Of a DNA stretch of 64,000 nucleotides, positions 34,150 through 43,231 are shown piece by piece. Location: positions 28,873-92,872 of the forward strand of contig DAOUDK010000119.1 in NCBI GenBank assembly GCA_034431315.1. The letters run 5' to 3'. The notes beneath the pieces were generated by a model. That model did not search any database and was not told the origin of the DNA. It was given only the letters and a program-made list of their open reading frames with translations. The translations under genes and the position numbers were made by a program. Source of the stretch: Anaerolineae bacterium. Its GTDB lineage: Bacteria > Chloroflexota > Anaerolineae > VGOG01. How positions within the stretch are numbered: position 1 is the first letter of the stretch; every line of letters starts with the position of its first letter.

Positions 34150-35430
34150 TCACGGTTCGCGGGCCGGGGATTGGCCAGTCCGGGGCGACCACAAGGCCAT
34201 CAACACCGCTGCCATGAGTGCTAACACCCCGCCAAAGAGAAACGGCGCCGACGGGCCAAAGCCGTCCCATCCCCACGACGGCATGCCCGACCACAGCAGC
34301 CCGGCGATGAGCGAGGCCGGGAAGTCCAAGATGCCCAGCACGGCATTGTACGTCCCGTAGGCTGTGCCCCGCAGCTCGGCCGGCACGATGTCGGCCACCA
34401 TCGCTTTGGTCGTGCCGTAGGCCAGGCCGTAGTAGGCTCCGTAAACAGCGTACAGCGCCCACACGTGCCAGCCTGTCCCCGCCACCGCGAAGCCGAAGTA
34501 GATCAGCGCGTAGATCAGCCAGCCGCCGATGATGAGCTTGCGCCGCCCGATGCGGTCGGACAGCGACCCGGCGGGGGTGGAAAGCAGGGTGTACACCAGG
34601 TTGAAAGTGACGAGCATCCCCAGCACCTGCACCACGTTCAGTCCCCGCTCGTTCGCCCGCAGTATCAGGAACGCATCCGACGAGTTGCCCAGGTCGAAGA
34701 CGCCGACGATGACCATGAAGATAGCAAAGCGACGGCCCAGTCCTCGGAAGGAAACTTTCGGGGCCTCGCGCTCTCCTTTCACCGACACGTCCCGCGCACC
34801 TATGGCCAACGAGAGCACGGCCAGGAAAGCCGGCACCAGGCTGATGAGCACTATTGTCTGAAAGGTAGCGCGCCCCAAAACCATGTTGCTGCGCTGCGCC
34901 ATCCACACCACGATCAGGGCGATGATCAGCCCCAGCATCGCCCCACCGGTGTCGGCGGCGCGGTGCAGGCCAAAGGCCAGACCCCGATGCCGCTCGTCAA
35001 TGCTATCGGCCACCAGCGCGTCGCGGGGCGCGGTGCGGATGCCCTTGCCCACCCGGTCGGCCCAGCGCACGCTCGCCACCACCAGCCACGAGTTGGCGAC
35101 GTAGAAGAATGGCTTGACCAGCGCGGACAGTCCGTACCCGGTCACCGCCAGCCACTTGCGCGCCCGCAGCTTATCCGAAAGCCAGCCGGAGAACACCTTG
35201 AGCAGGCTGGCCGTGGCCTCGGCGACGCCTTCGATCAGGCCGATGACGTTGGTCTTCACCCCCAGCACGTTGGACAGGAACAGCGGCAGGATGTTGATCA
35301 CCATCTCGCTGGAGATGTCCATGAAGAAGCTGGTCAGGCTGACGGCCCAGACGTTGCGCGGCAGCGACCGCCAGGCGGGTTTATGGTTTCCAGGTTCAGG
35401 GTTTGGAGTTTCAAGTTGCTTGTCGGTCAT
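34150..35430 (-). CDS. MFS transporter
   Basis: 426 aa, 12 TM helices. Confidence 0.65.
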   Translation of the reverse strand: MTDKQLETPNPEPGNHKPAWRSLPRNVWAVSLTSFFMDISSEMVINILPLFLSNVLGVKTNVIGLIEGVAEATASLLKVFSGWLSDKLRARKWLAVTGYGLSALVKPFFYVANSWLVVASVRWADRVGKGIRTAPRDALVADSIDERHRGLAFGLHRAADTGGAMLGLIIALIVVWMAQRSNMVLGRATFQTIVLISLVPAFLAVLSLAIGARDVSVKGEREAPKVSFRGLGRRFAIFMVIVGVFDLGNSSDAFLILRANERGLNVVQVLGMLVTFNLVYTLLSTPAGSLSDRIGRRKLIIGGWLIYALIYFGFAVAGTGWHVWALYAVYGAYYGLAYGTTKAMVADIVPAELRGTAYGTYNAVLGILDFPASLIAGLLWSGMPSWGWDGFGPSAPFLFGGVLALMAAVLMALWSPRTGQSPAREP

Positions 35431-35498
35431 GTTGACTCCTCAATGAAGTGGCCCCCGATGCTAAAGACATCGGGCTGAGAGAGCAAAGCCCTTCGGGC

Positions 35499-37388
35499 TC
35501 ATGATCCATCCGTATTCAAGATAGTGAGCAGCCGCTCTATCCGCCCCACGCTGTCGGCCAGTCCGCCCGGACGATTGCGGGCCAGCCACAGCCGCCGATA
35601 TTCGGCCACGATTCCCTCCAGCTCGCTGGCCAGAGCCCGCCGCATCTCCATCGCGATGGAGGCGATCTCGCCGCTCTCTGTTTGCAGGCGGGCGATTCCC
35701 AGGCGACAGGCGTGCCGCAGCAAAGCGGCGGCGTTGCGGAACTCGTCAGCGATCAGCTCCGCGTCGGGACGGGCCATGCGCGCCTGGGAAAGAGGAGCCA
35801 TCGTTCGATCCACGTACTTCAGCGTTCGCTCCAGCCCCTCAGCTAGCTCCCCCCCTTCCCCCCAACTTTGGGGGGCCAGGGGGGCAAAGTCGGGATGAAG
35901 CAGCAGCAAGGCCAGCAGGGAGGCGTTGGGGACGAGCACGCCGGCCTCCTGGTAGGCATTGCCTAAATCGTAGGCCAGGCGGCCCATCACGCCAGCCCCA
36001 TCCTGAAAGGCGTGGAGATCGAGAGCGCGCGGCAGGTCGAGGTCCCGATTGGCCTGCGCTGCCCAACTCACCGCCGCACCGTAGGCGTAGCCCAGAAAGG
36101 AGATGGGCAAATGCTGCCAATGGCCGTTGTCGCCCCAGTCGGTGATCAGGTAGCCGATGGCGTCGTGGGCTTGGCCGCTCTCGGCAGCGTTCCACAGATT
36201 GCCCAGCGCGTTGGCCGTGCGGCCAGCGATGGAGTTCCAACTGGAGGTGCCGGGACAGACGTAGTAGGGCACGCCCGCCTGCTCGAACTTCCGGCCATTC
36301 CTGGCGAAGGGGTGGTCGGCCTCGTAGCCCCATTCCAGAGCGATGATGTCTTTCGGCAATTCGGAAATGATGTCGGGATAATGTAGGACGATGTCGCCCC
36401 AGAACTGCATCGTCCGCCCGTGCCGCTGCACCAACTGGTGAATCTTCAGCAGGAACTCCAGGTACACCCGCCCCACGCCCCTCTCCTCGCAAGCCGCCCG
36501 ACTCCTCCCCTGCCCCAGCTCGAAGGTCTCATCGCAGCCCACGTTGAATTGACGGCTGGAGAAGTGGGGGAGAAGCTCATCGTAGAGCTCGGCCAGCAGC
36601 TCCAGGGAGCCGGGCTCCAGTGGACATAAGCTGAAGGGATCGTCGCCCCAGGGACTCTGGAAGCCGTCGGGGGTTTCAGCCAGGCGCCGATAGCGGGCAT
36701 GCTTCAGCCAGCGGTGCAGGTGGCCGAAGGAGTTCTGATTGGGCACCAGCTCAATGAAGCGCTGGCGGCAGTAGGCATCCAGGGCCATGACCTGCTCCCC
36801 GGTCATGGGCGAGGCGTTTTTCCACACCTCCCGATGCTGGCGATAGGCAAAGGTGTGCTCGGTGTAGAGTTGAAACTGATTGATTCTCCATTCCGCCAGC
36901 AGATCCACCAGCGCGTACAGGGTCTCCATGGTGGGGACCTTGTCGCGGCTGATGTCCAGCATGACGCCTCGGTGGGGAAAGTCGGGCCAGTCCTCGATGC
37001 GCAAGCAGGGCAGTTCCCCCGCGCCGACGCACTGGCGAGCGAGCTGCCTCATCGCCATGGCGGCGTAGAACGCGCCTGCCGCGTCGTGGGCCGCGACGTG
37101 GATGCTATCGGCGCTGATGTTCAGGCGATACCCTTCGGGCTGGGGAACCTGCGCTGGGTCCACGTGGACGATGGCCCCCAGGCGGCTCACATCATCGCCT
37201 GGAGCCGCCGTCAACTCGCATCGAGGCCCGATGGAGGCTAACGCTTCCTGAAGGACCCGCCCCGTGCGCAGAAAGGCATCGGAGATGTCCCCTCGCAGCC
37301 AGATGAAACGCTCAGATTGAAGGCGATGGCTTCCCTCCCGGCGGTGGAGACGTTGGGGCATTGGTAGAAGAATGAGTTCGTCGGTCAT
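35499..37388 (-). CDS. GH20 beta-N-acetylhexosaminidase
   Basis: 629 aa; catalytic pair in FNVGCDETFELG; HRGVMLDISRDKVP TIM-barrel motif. Confidence 0.75.
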   Translation of the reverse strand: MTDELILLPMPQRLHRREGSHRLQSERFIWLRGDISDAFLRTGRVLQEALASIGPRCELTAAPGDDVSRLGAIVHVDPAQVPQPEGYRLNISADSIHVAAHDAAGAFYAAMAMRQLARQCVGAGELPCLRIEDWPDFPHRGVMLDISRDKVPTMETLYALVDLLAEWRINQFQLYTEHTFAYRQHREVWKNASPMTGEQVMALDAYCRQRFIELVPNQNSFGHLHRWLKHARYRRLAETPDGFQSPWGDDPFSLCPLEPGSLELLAELYDELLPHFSSRQFNVGCDETFELGQGRSRAACEERGVGRVYLEFLLKIHQLVQRHGRTMQFWGDIVLHYPDIISELPKDIIALEWGYEADHPFARNGRKFEQAGVPYYVCPGTSSWNSIAGRTANALGNLWNAAESGQAHDAIGYLITDWGDNGHWQHLPISFLGYAYGAAVSWAAQANRDLDLPRALDLHAFQDGAGVMGRLAYDLGNAYQEAGVLVPNASLLALLLLHPDFAPLAPQSWGEGGELAEGLERTLKYVDRTMAPLSQARMARPDAELIADEFRNAAALLRHACRLGIARLQTESGEIASIAMEMRRALASELEGIVAEYRRLWLARNRPGGLADSVGRIERLLTILNTDGS

Positions 37389-37413
37389 GTCATTACCTCA
37401 TTGGCGAACTTCT

Positions 37414-37490
37414 GAAACACGGAAGCACGGAAAAGCGGAATACACGGAATCCCTTTCCGTGCTTCCGTGCCCTCCGCACTTCCGTGTTCC
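37414..37490. repeat. Long imperfect inverted repeat with CACGGAAG/CTTCCGTG repeated three times per arm
   Basis: gaaacacggaagcacggaaaagcggaatacacggaat-ccc-tttccgtgcttccgtgccctccgcacttccgtgttcc. Confidence 0.5.
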
Positions 37491-37514
37491 AGGGGGAGAG
37501 CCGGGGCAGCCACC

Positions 37515-40500
37515 TTATTCGATAGGCCAAGCAGATATCAGCTCGTCAATCTCACTCATCAACCGCATGGTCTCTTTCAGGGCCACGACGATCTTCTGGT
37601 AGTGGAAGAAGTCGTCGAAGATGAGCTTGCGGCCTTTGCGGTCTTTGAGCCACTTGTGCAAGACCTGGTAGCCGCCGATCTGGAACTCCCAGACCTCTGG
37701 CTCGATTCCCTCGAAGTACTGGGTTTTGTTGATGTAGACACGGCCCGTGGGCCTCGGCTTGGGCTTGGGTCGGATCTTTACCTGCGTTTGGTGCTCGAAG
37801 ACAAGCGGCAATCTACGGTTGGACACTCTCACTGACGCGGGAGAAGTACCAGTGGGGACTTTCTTTTCCTCCGTGACCTTCTCCACATAGCGGACTTTCT
37901 CCACCCTGTCGGAGCCGGACACGCCAAAGTTGGTGATGAGGTGGTTCAGCTCTGGTGACTCCATCAGGTGCAGGCTCACCAGTTCCTCGCCCCTCTCGGC
38001 CAGGGCCTTGAACAGCGCCCGGTCGGAGGTGAGGGGCAGGCGGGGGAAGTCAATCTTGAGGAGTTCGGCGTAGCGCTCGCGGTAGGTGGGGGAGTGGAAG
38101 ACGGCGTAGGCGTAGTGGAGGATGTCCTCCGGGCCGAAGGTGGTTTCCAGGTCCCCCTTGCCTTCCGTCACGAATTCCAGACCCAGCTTCTCCTCGACGG
38201 CGGCGATGAACTCGGGCGAGAGGTTGGGATCGCGGGTCTTGTACTCCGCTTTGGGCTCAAACAGCGTGAGGGCGATGACGCTTCCGCCCGCCTTCGTGGG
38301 TTTCTTTTCAGGGGTGGTGTAGAGGTAGAGGGGGAAAACATTATACGGAGCAAAAGGCTGCGAACTAATTTCGGTTATAAGCTGAGTTACAAACAACACA
38401 AAATGTTTACGAGCCGCAAGCTGCCTTGCTGCAACTAACGCCATATTCTTGTGCGTCATATGGTGCATTACTTCAAACCGTGGCCACTCGACAACATTGT
38501 GGCTGTAATAGATGGAACGAATATCGAAGGGGCGATAGAGGCATTTTGTAAACCTATCTTCCCATTTCTTGTCCCCTTGGATTCCCTTTCTTGCTTCCGA
38601 AAGCTTCCAATCACGAGTGTCCCTTAGCCCGAATCGCTCCCTCACCTCATAATCGGAAAATGTCTTGTCTCGGAAGGTGGCAATGCGTGACCGCAGACGC
38701 TTTTCCTCGAAGTCAATGACGAAGCGGTCACGGTGAGTTTTGATACCGCTGCTGTTCACTGGGAAAATATCTGGCACCCTCCATCCCCGCTCGTACTCAC
38801 TCAGCAAGTCAAAGTCCTTGGGCACGAAAAAGAAATATGGCGACACTGGCTCAAGCGCCTGCCAATCCGTAGTGCTGACGTCGTTCTCCCACAGGTGGCG
38901 GTATTTGCCCTCCCGCAGGCCCCACAAATCGGTGTAGTAGACCTTTGAGGTTTCGGAAACCTCAAAGGTCTGGGCGGGCCGCTTCACAAAGAGGGAAATC
39001 GCCACTCCCTGCCTGATGTCGAAGACGTTCTCATCTGGACCGCCATCGGGCGTGGTCTCCCCCATCAAGGCGTTGCCGTGCAGGTTCAGCACGTAGATCT
39101 CATCGAAGGACTTCATCAACTCCTCCCTCATCCCCCGGTGGATCAGGCCGGAGAGGTAGGAGTGGTTGGTGATCATACCGATGACGCCGTAGCCGGTGCG
39201 CTCGATGCGGTCGTGGGCGAAACGGATGAACTTGATGTAGTCGTCGGAGAGGGGCTGGATGTTGCGCTCATCACGGACGGCGGTTTTGTAGCGTTCCATC
39301 AGTCCCTCGATGTGCTCTCCCTTGTTGGCCGAACTGACCGAATAGGGGGGATTGCCCAGCACCACCATGATGGGCTTGTCCCGCTTGATCTCCGCAGCGG
39401 CGTTGGCCTCCTCGGTGATGAACCTGGCAAAGCCAAGAGTCTGGGCCTGGGTGATCGCCTCCTCCAGCGAATTGGTCAGGTAGATGCCCAGCCGCTGGTC
39501 GCCCGTGAAGTCGTAGCCGGTCTCCTGCAACAGAATGCCCAGCTTTATATGGGCCACGGCGTAGGGAGCCATCAGCAGCTCGAAGCCAAAGACGCGGGGC
39601 AGGAGATGGGTTTCGACGTAGTCGTTCCAGGCGCCGGCCTGGCCCATCGCTATCAAGGTCTCGTGGATCTGCTGGATGACGAAGTAGAGGAAGGTCGCCG
39701 TGCCAACGGCCGGGTCGAGGATGAGGGTGTTGGTGTCGGCCAGGCCCAGGGGGCGGTCGAAGCGGGTCTTGACGATGTGATCGAGAGAACGAACGATGTA
39801 TGAAACCACCGGCTCAGGGGTGTAGTAGACGCCACGGGCTTTGCGCGTCTGGGGGGCGTAGGCGCGGAGGAATGTCTCGTAGAAGTGGACCACTGGGTCC
39901 TCCTGCCGCGTCCGCCTGCCGAAGTCGCGCAGGATCTCCGCCATGTCCGCCCGTGCCAGCAGGTGAGCCAGGTCGTCCACCAGCCAGGCAATGCGGTCGT
40001 CCAGTCCCGGCCCAGCGATCTGGTTGAAGAGCCTGCGCAAGAAGGGGTTGGTCTTGGGCAGGTTCCAGGCCGCCTTCTCACGGGTGAAATCCTGCCCGGT
40101 CGGGACACGGACGCGGGCGGCAAAGAGGCCGTAGGTGATGGTCTGGGCGTACATATCGGCGAATTCAGCCGGGGTGAGGAAGGGGATCAGCGTCTCTCGG
40201 AAGGCTTTCAATTGGGCGTGCAGTGCGCCCTCTTCGCTCTCCCGCTTGAAGGTCTCCTCGATGAGATCGCGGGTCATGCGAGCCAGAGCGGCCATGCGTT
40301 GGGCCAGCTCTTTGGGAGTGCCCACCGTGGGCACCACCTGGGCCAAGAACTTCTGCAACAGCCCCGAAACGGCCTGGATGCCGCCCCTTCGTATCCTGAT
40401 CCTCCCATCAATGGTCAGCGTAGCCAGGCGTGCCGTCTCCCGGTGCTCGCCCTCCACGTACCAGCGGAACTCCAGGTAGTCGGTGAGGATCAGGTTGTTG

Positions 40501-40784
40501 AGCGATTCGCGGTAGCGGCGCAGTTGCTCGGACCGCTCCGCCGCGTCCAGGCTCCTTCCCACGTCCTTGGCCTCGACGTAGCCGACGGGCGTACCGGCGC
40601 GGGTGATGATGTAATCGGGCGCGCCGCACTCGATGCGCTTGGGCTCGTTGATGGCGGTGATGTTCTCGCCGACGGCCTCCAGGAGGGCTTTGAGGGCCGG
40701 GCGGTGGGTGTGTTCGGTAGCGCTCCCCGTCGCCAGGCTCTTCTCTATATTTCTCAGGTAATCTCGGAAAACATCGGGGGACAT
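37515..40784 (-). CDS. Single-chain Type IIG/IIL restriction-modification enzyme (N-terminal PD-(D/E)XK nuclease, gamma-class N6-adenine methyltransferase NPPY, C-terminal specificity domain)
   Basis: 1089 aa; PDYII...VEAKD nuclease motif; VVLGNPPYSVSS; C-terminal YFEGIEPEVWEFQIGGYQVLHKWLKDRKGR motif typical of MmeI/type ISP-like C-termini. Confidence 0.65.
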   Translation of the reverse strand: MSPDVFRDYLRNIEKSLATGSATEHTHRPALKALLEAVGENITAINEPKRIECGAPDYIITRAGTPVGYVEAKDVGRSLDAAERSEQLRRYRESLNNLILTDYLEFRWYVEGEHRETARLATLTIDGRIRIRRGGIQAVSGLLQKFLAQVVPTVGTPKELAQRMAALARMTRDLIEETFKRESEEGALHAQLKAFRETLIPFLTPAEFADMYAQTITYGLFAARVRVPTGQDFTREKAAWNLPKTNPFLRRLFNQIAGPGLDDRIAWLVDDLAHLLARADMAEILRDFGRRTRQEDPVVHFYETFLRAYAPQTRKARGVYYTPEPVVSYIVRSLDHIVKTRFDRPLGLADTNTLILDPAVGTATFLYFVIQQIHETLIAMGQAGAWNDYVETHLLPRVFGFELLMAPYAVAHIKLGILLQETGYDFTGDQRLGIYLTNSLEEAITQAQTLGFARFITEEANAAAEIKRDKPIMVVLGNPPYSVSSANKGEHIEGLMERYKTAVRDERNIQPLSDDYIKFIRFAHDRIERTGYGVIGMITNHSYLSGLIHRGMREELMKSFDEIYVLNLHGNALMGETTPDGGPDENVFDIRQGVAISLFVKRPAQTFEVSETSKVYYTDLWGLREGKYRHLWENDVSTTDWQALEPVSPYFFFVPKDFDLLSEYERGWRVPDIFPVNSSGIKTHRDRFVIDFEEKRLRSRIATFRDKTFSDYEVRERFGLRDTRDWKLSEARKGIQGDKKWEDRFTKCLYRPFDIRSIYYSHNVVEWPRFEVMHHMTHKNMALVAARQLAARKHFVLFVTQLITEISSQPFAPYNVFPLYLYTTPEKKPTKAGGSVIALTLFEPKAEYKTRDPNLSPEFIAAVEEKLGLEFVTEGKGDLETTFGPEDILHYAYAVFHSPTYRERYAELLKIDFPRLPLTSDRALFKALAERGEELVSLHLMESPELNHLITNFGVSGSDRVEKVRYVEKVTEEKKVPTGTSPASVRVSNRRLPLVFEHQTQVKIRPKPKPRPTGRVYINKTQYFEGIEPEVWEFQIGGYQVLHKWLKDRKGRKLIFDDFFHYQKIVVALKETMRLMSEIDELISAWPIE

Positions 40785-40888
40785 AGACTCGTCTCCTTTT
40801 TTAAGAACACTGATGCGCGGGATTTACGGATTCCGCTTCAGCCCAAGTCACTTGATCCGTTAATCCTGCCCACCCGCTGTTCTACACC

Positions 40889-42064
40889 TCACTCCCCCGC
40901 CCTGACCGCCACGGCAACCGGCTCCGGCGGCGTGCGCATGAACTGCGTCAGCACCAGCGAGACCAGCACAATGCCGACTCCCGCCAGAAACGGGGCCCGC
41001 GAGCCGAACAGTTGCCACACCGCGCCGCCAAGCACTGGCACCACAATGGCCGCGACGTGATTGATGGTCTGCTCCACTGACAGGTTGCTGGTGATCTCCC
41101 CGGTCGTGACGGCGATCTTTTGAAAATAGGTTACCAGCGCCAGGTTGAAGCCGAACAAGACGTTGTCAATCACGTACAGGACAAACAGTGCTGGCAGGTA
41201 GGTCACGTAGGCGTAACCCAGGAAGACAAAGGTCAGGGTACCGAAGGCGACGCTCAGCATCAGTCGCTCGCCCAGCCTGCTCACTAATTTGCCCACCAAT
41301 TGCAAAGCGTAGATATTGATCAAGCTGTTGACCAGGAACAGCATCGCCGTCGTCTGGACGCTGATCCTATATTCGCGCACCAGCAGGAAAATGGCGAAGG
41401 TGGTAAAGATGTGGCGGCGACTGCCCATCAAAAACGCCAGCGCATAGTAGAGCCAGTATCGTCGCCGCAGGACGACCCGGCGACGCGGCGGTAGACCCTC
41501 CTTGGCGCCGCTCAGCGGCAACAGCAGCAGTCCCCCCGCAGCAACCAGCACTCCCACGACCATGAACAATCGCCGATAGCCCCACGACTCTGCCAGCAGA
41601 TAGACCGCGCCGGTGGCCGCGAGCGAGGCTATCGCCGCCAGGCTTCTCAGTTGACCCAGCGCCTTGGGCGTGTGCCGCTTATCCACGGCCATCAGCACCA
41701 CGGCGTTGTTGGTGGGATAGAAGAAGTGGAAGCCAAAGCTCATCACCACCGTGCTGAGCAGCAGGAAAGGAATGTTGGCTGCCTGTCCGGTCATAAACAT
41801 GCCCACGCCCAGCAGGATGACGCTCAAGGCCATGATGCGGACTTCGGACAGAAAGAGGGCCAGGAAGCCGACCAGAAAGCCCATCAGCCCTGGCAGCTCG
41901 CGCACCGCCTGTATCCAGCCGATGCTCCCTGGCCCAACGCCCATCTCTTCCACGGCGAAGTTGTTGAACATCGCCTGCCAGACGCGGAAGCCAAAGAAGA
42001 GCATGAAGTTGGAGACGACGAGGTAGACCAGCATCCGCCGGTTTTCTTTCCACATTTCGCTCAT
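40889..42064 (-). CDS. MFS transporter
   Basis: 391 aa, 12 TM helices. Confidence 0.6.
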   Translation of the reverse strand: MSEMWKENRRMLVYLVVSNFMLFFGFRVWQAMFNNFAVEEMGVGPGSIGWIQAVRELPGLMGFLVGFLALFLSEVRIMALSVILLGVGMFMTGQAANIPFLLLSTVVMSFGFHFFYPTNNAVVLMAVDKRHTPKALGQLRSLAAIASLAATGAVYLLAESWGYRRLFMVVGVLVAAGGLLLLPLSGAKEGLPPRRRVVLRRRYWLYYALAFLMGSRRHIFTTFAIFLLVREYRISVQTTAMLFLVNSLINIYALQLVGKLVSRLGERLMLSVAFGTLTFVFLGYAYVTYLPALFVLYVIDNVLFGFNLALVTYFQKIAVTTGEITSNLSVEQTINHVAAIVVPVLGGAVWQLFGSRAPFLAGVGIVLVSLVLTQFMRTPPEPVAVAVRAGE

Positions 42065-43137
42065 GTGGCTGGCTTCAACCCCAGGTCAGTGTACAGGGCA
42101 TCGAAGTCGAAACGCTCGTCGAGCATCTCCTGGAAACGCTGCACCTTCTTCTCTTGATGGAGGCGGGTCTTGCCGAAGAATTGCTCGATGATCTCCACCG
42201 TGGTCAGGGTGTCCTGCTTGGTCAGGATCACCGGCACTCCCACCTCCTCAGCCCGGCCGAGGATGAGGGGGCTGGGGTAGAGGTTGCCCGTCAGGATGAG
42301 GCACTTGGTCGAGGTCTCCAGAGCCGCCAGTTGGATGTCGGAGCGGTCGCCGCCGGTGATGACGGCCTTGTTGGGTTTGCGGCGGAAGTAGGTCAAAGCC
42401 GAATCCACGTTCATAGCTCCAACCATCAGGTACTCCACCAGTTCCTCGTTTGCTTCGGGACAGCAGAGGATTTCAGCGCCCAGGCACTCGGCCAGTTGAC
42501 CCACGCTGATGGACATGAGCAGCCTCTCCTGGGGCAAGATGGCGAAGACCTTGACGCCCCGCTCCTCCAGATAAGGCTTGACTATCTCCTGGACAAAGCG
42601 CATCCGCTGGCGCGGCACGGCGTTGACGACGATTCCGAGCATGGAATCCCCGAACAACATTTTGGCTCCCAGGGCATCGTCCACCACCAGGTCGCTGGTG
42701 TACTTGATCACCACCAGCTCTCTAGCCTTCAGGAGGTCAGCCACCAGGGGTGCGGACAGGCCAACCAGAGAACCCTCCATACAGTGCGCCCCCCCTTCCA
42801 GGATGACCACATCTTTCCCCTGGGCGACCTTGGCGTAGGCCTCTCCGAGGCGAGCCACGAAGTCGGTCTCCTCTTCGCCCGTTAATATGCCCTCCACCAC
42901 CTTAGGCGTCAAGGCAATGGGAGCGATGGCATCCAGGGGTTCGGCCAGATCGAAAGCCTGCCGCATGAACTGGGCGTCCTCGTCAACCACCCGGCCAGCC
43001 ACCTTTCTGGCTGTGGTGCTCAACGGCTTCATGTAGCCGATGGTGAAGCCGTCGCGTCTGAACTTGTTTCCCAGGCCAATGCAAAGAGCCGTCTTGCCCG
43101 AGAAAGTCGCCGTTGAAGTTATGTATAGCGTGTTCAT
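42061..43137 (-). CDS. DRTGG/P-loop (phosphotransacetylase N-terminal-like, CobQ/MinD-type NTPase) protein
   Basis: 358 aa; Walker-A-like TSTATFSGKTALCIGL; co-operonic with ADP-forming acetyl-CoA synthetase. Confidence 0.5.
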   Translation of the reverse strand: MNTLYITSTATFSGKTALCIGLGNKFRRDGFTIGYMKPLSTTARKVAGRVVDEDAQFMRQAFDLAEPLDAIAPIALTPKVVEGILTGEEETDFVARLGEAYAKVAQGKDVVILEGGAHCMEGSLVGLSAPLVADLLKARELVVIKYTSDLVVDDALGAKMLFGDSMLGIVVNAVPRQRMRFVQEIVKPYLEERGVKVFAILPQERLLMSISVGQLAECLGAEILCCPEANEELVEYLMVGAMNVDSALTYFRRKPNKAVITGGDRSDIQLAALETSTKCLILTGNLYPSPLILGRAEEVGVPVILTKQDTLTTVEIIEQFFGKTRLHQEKKVQRFQEMLDERFDFDALYTDLGLKPAT

Positions 43138-43167
43138 ACTCCCTCCTTATTAGTCTGATGGTCAGCC

Positions 43168-43228
43168 TTTGGAGGTTAGAGGTTGGATGTTGGAACACCT
43201 TCCAACTTCCACCTTCCAACTTCCACTT
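43168..43228. repeat. Intergenic hairpin built from GGAGGTTGGA/TTCCAACTTCC hexamer-type repeats
   Basis: ggaggttagaggttggatgttggaacaccttccaacttccaccttccaacttcc; same motif as coding repeats at 5325 and 14560. Confidence 0.6.
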
Positions 43229-43231
43229 TCC

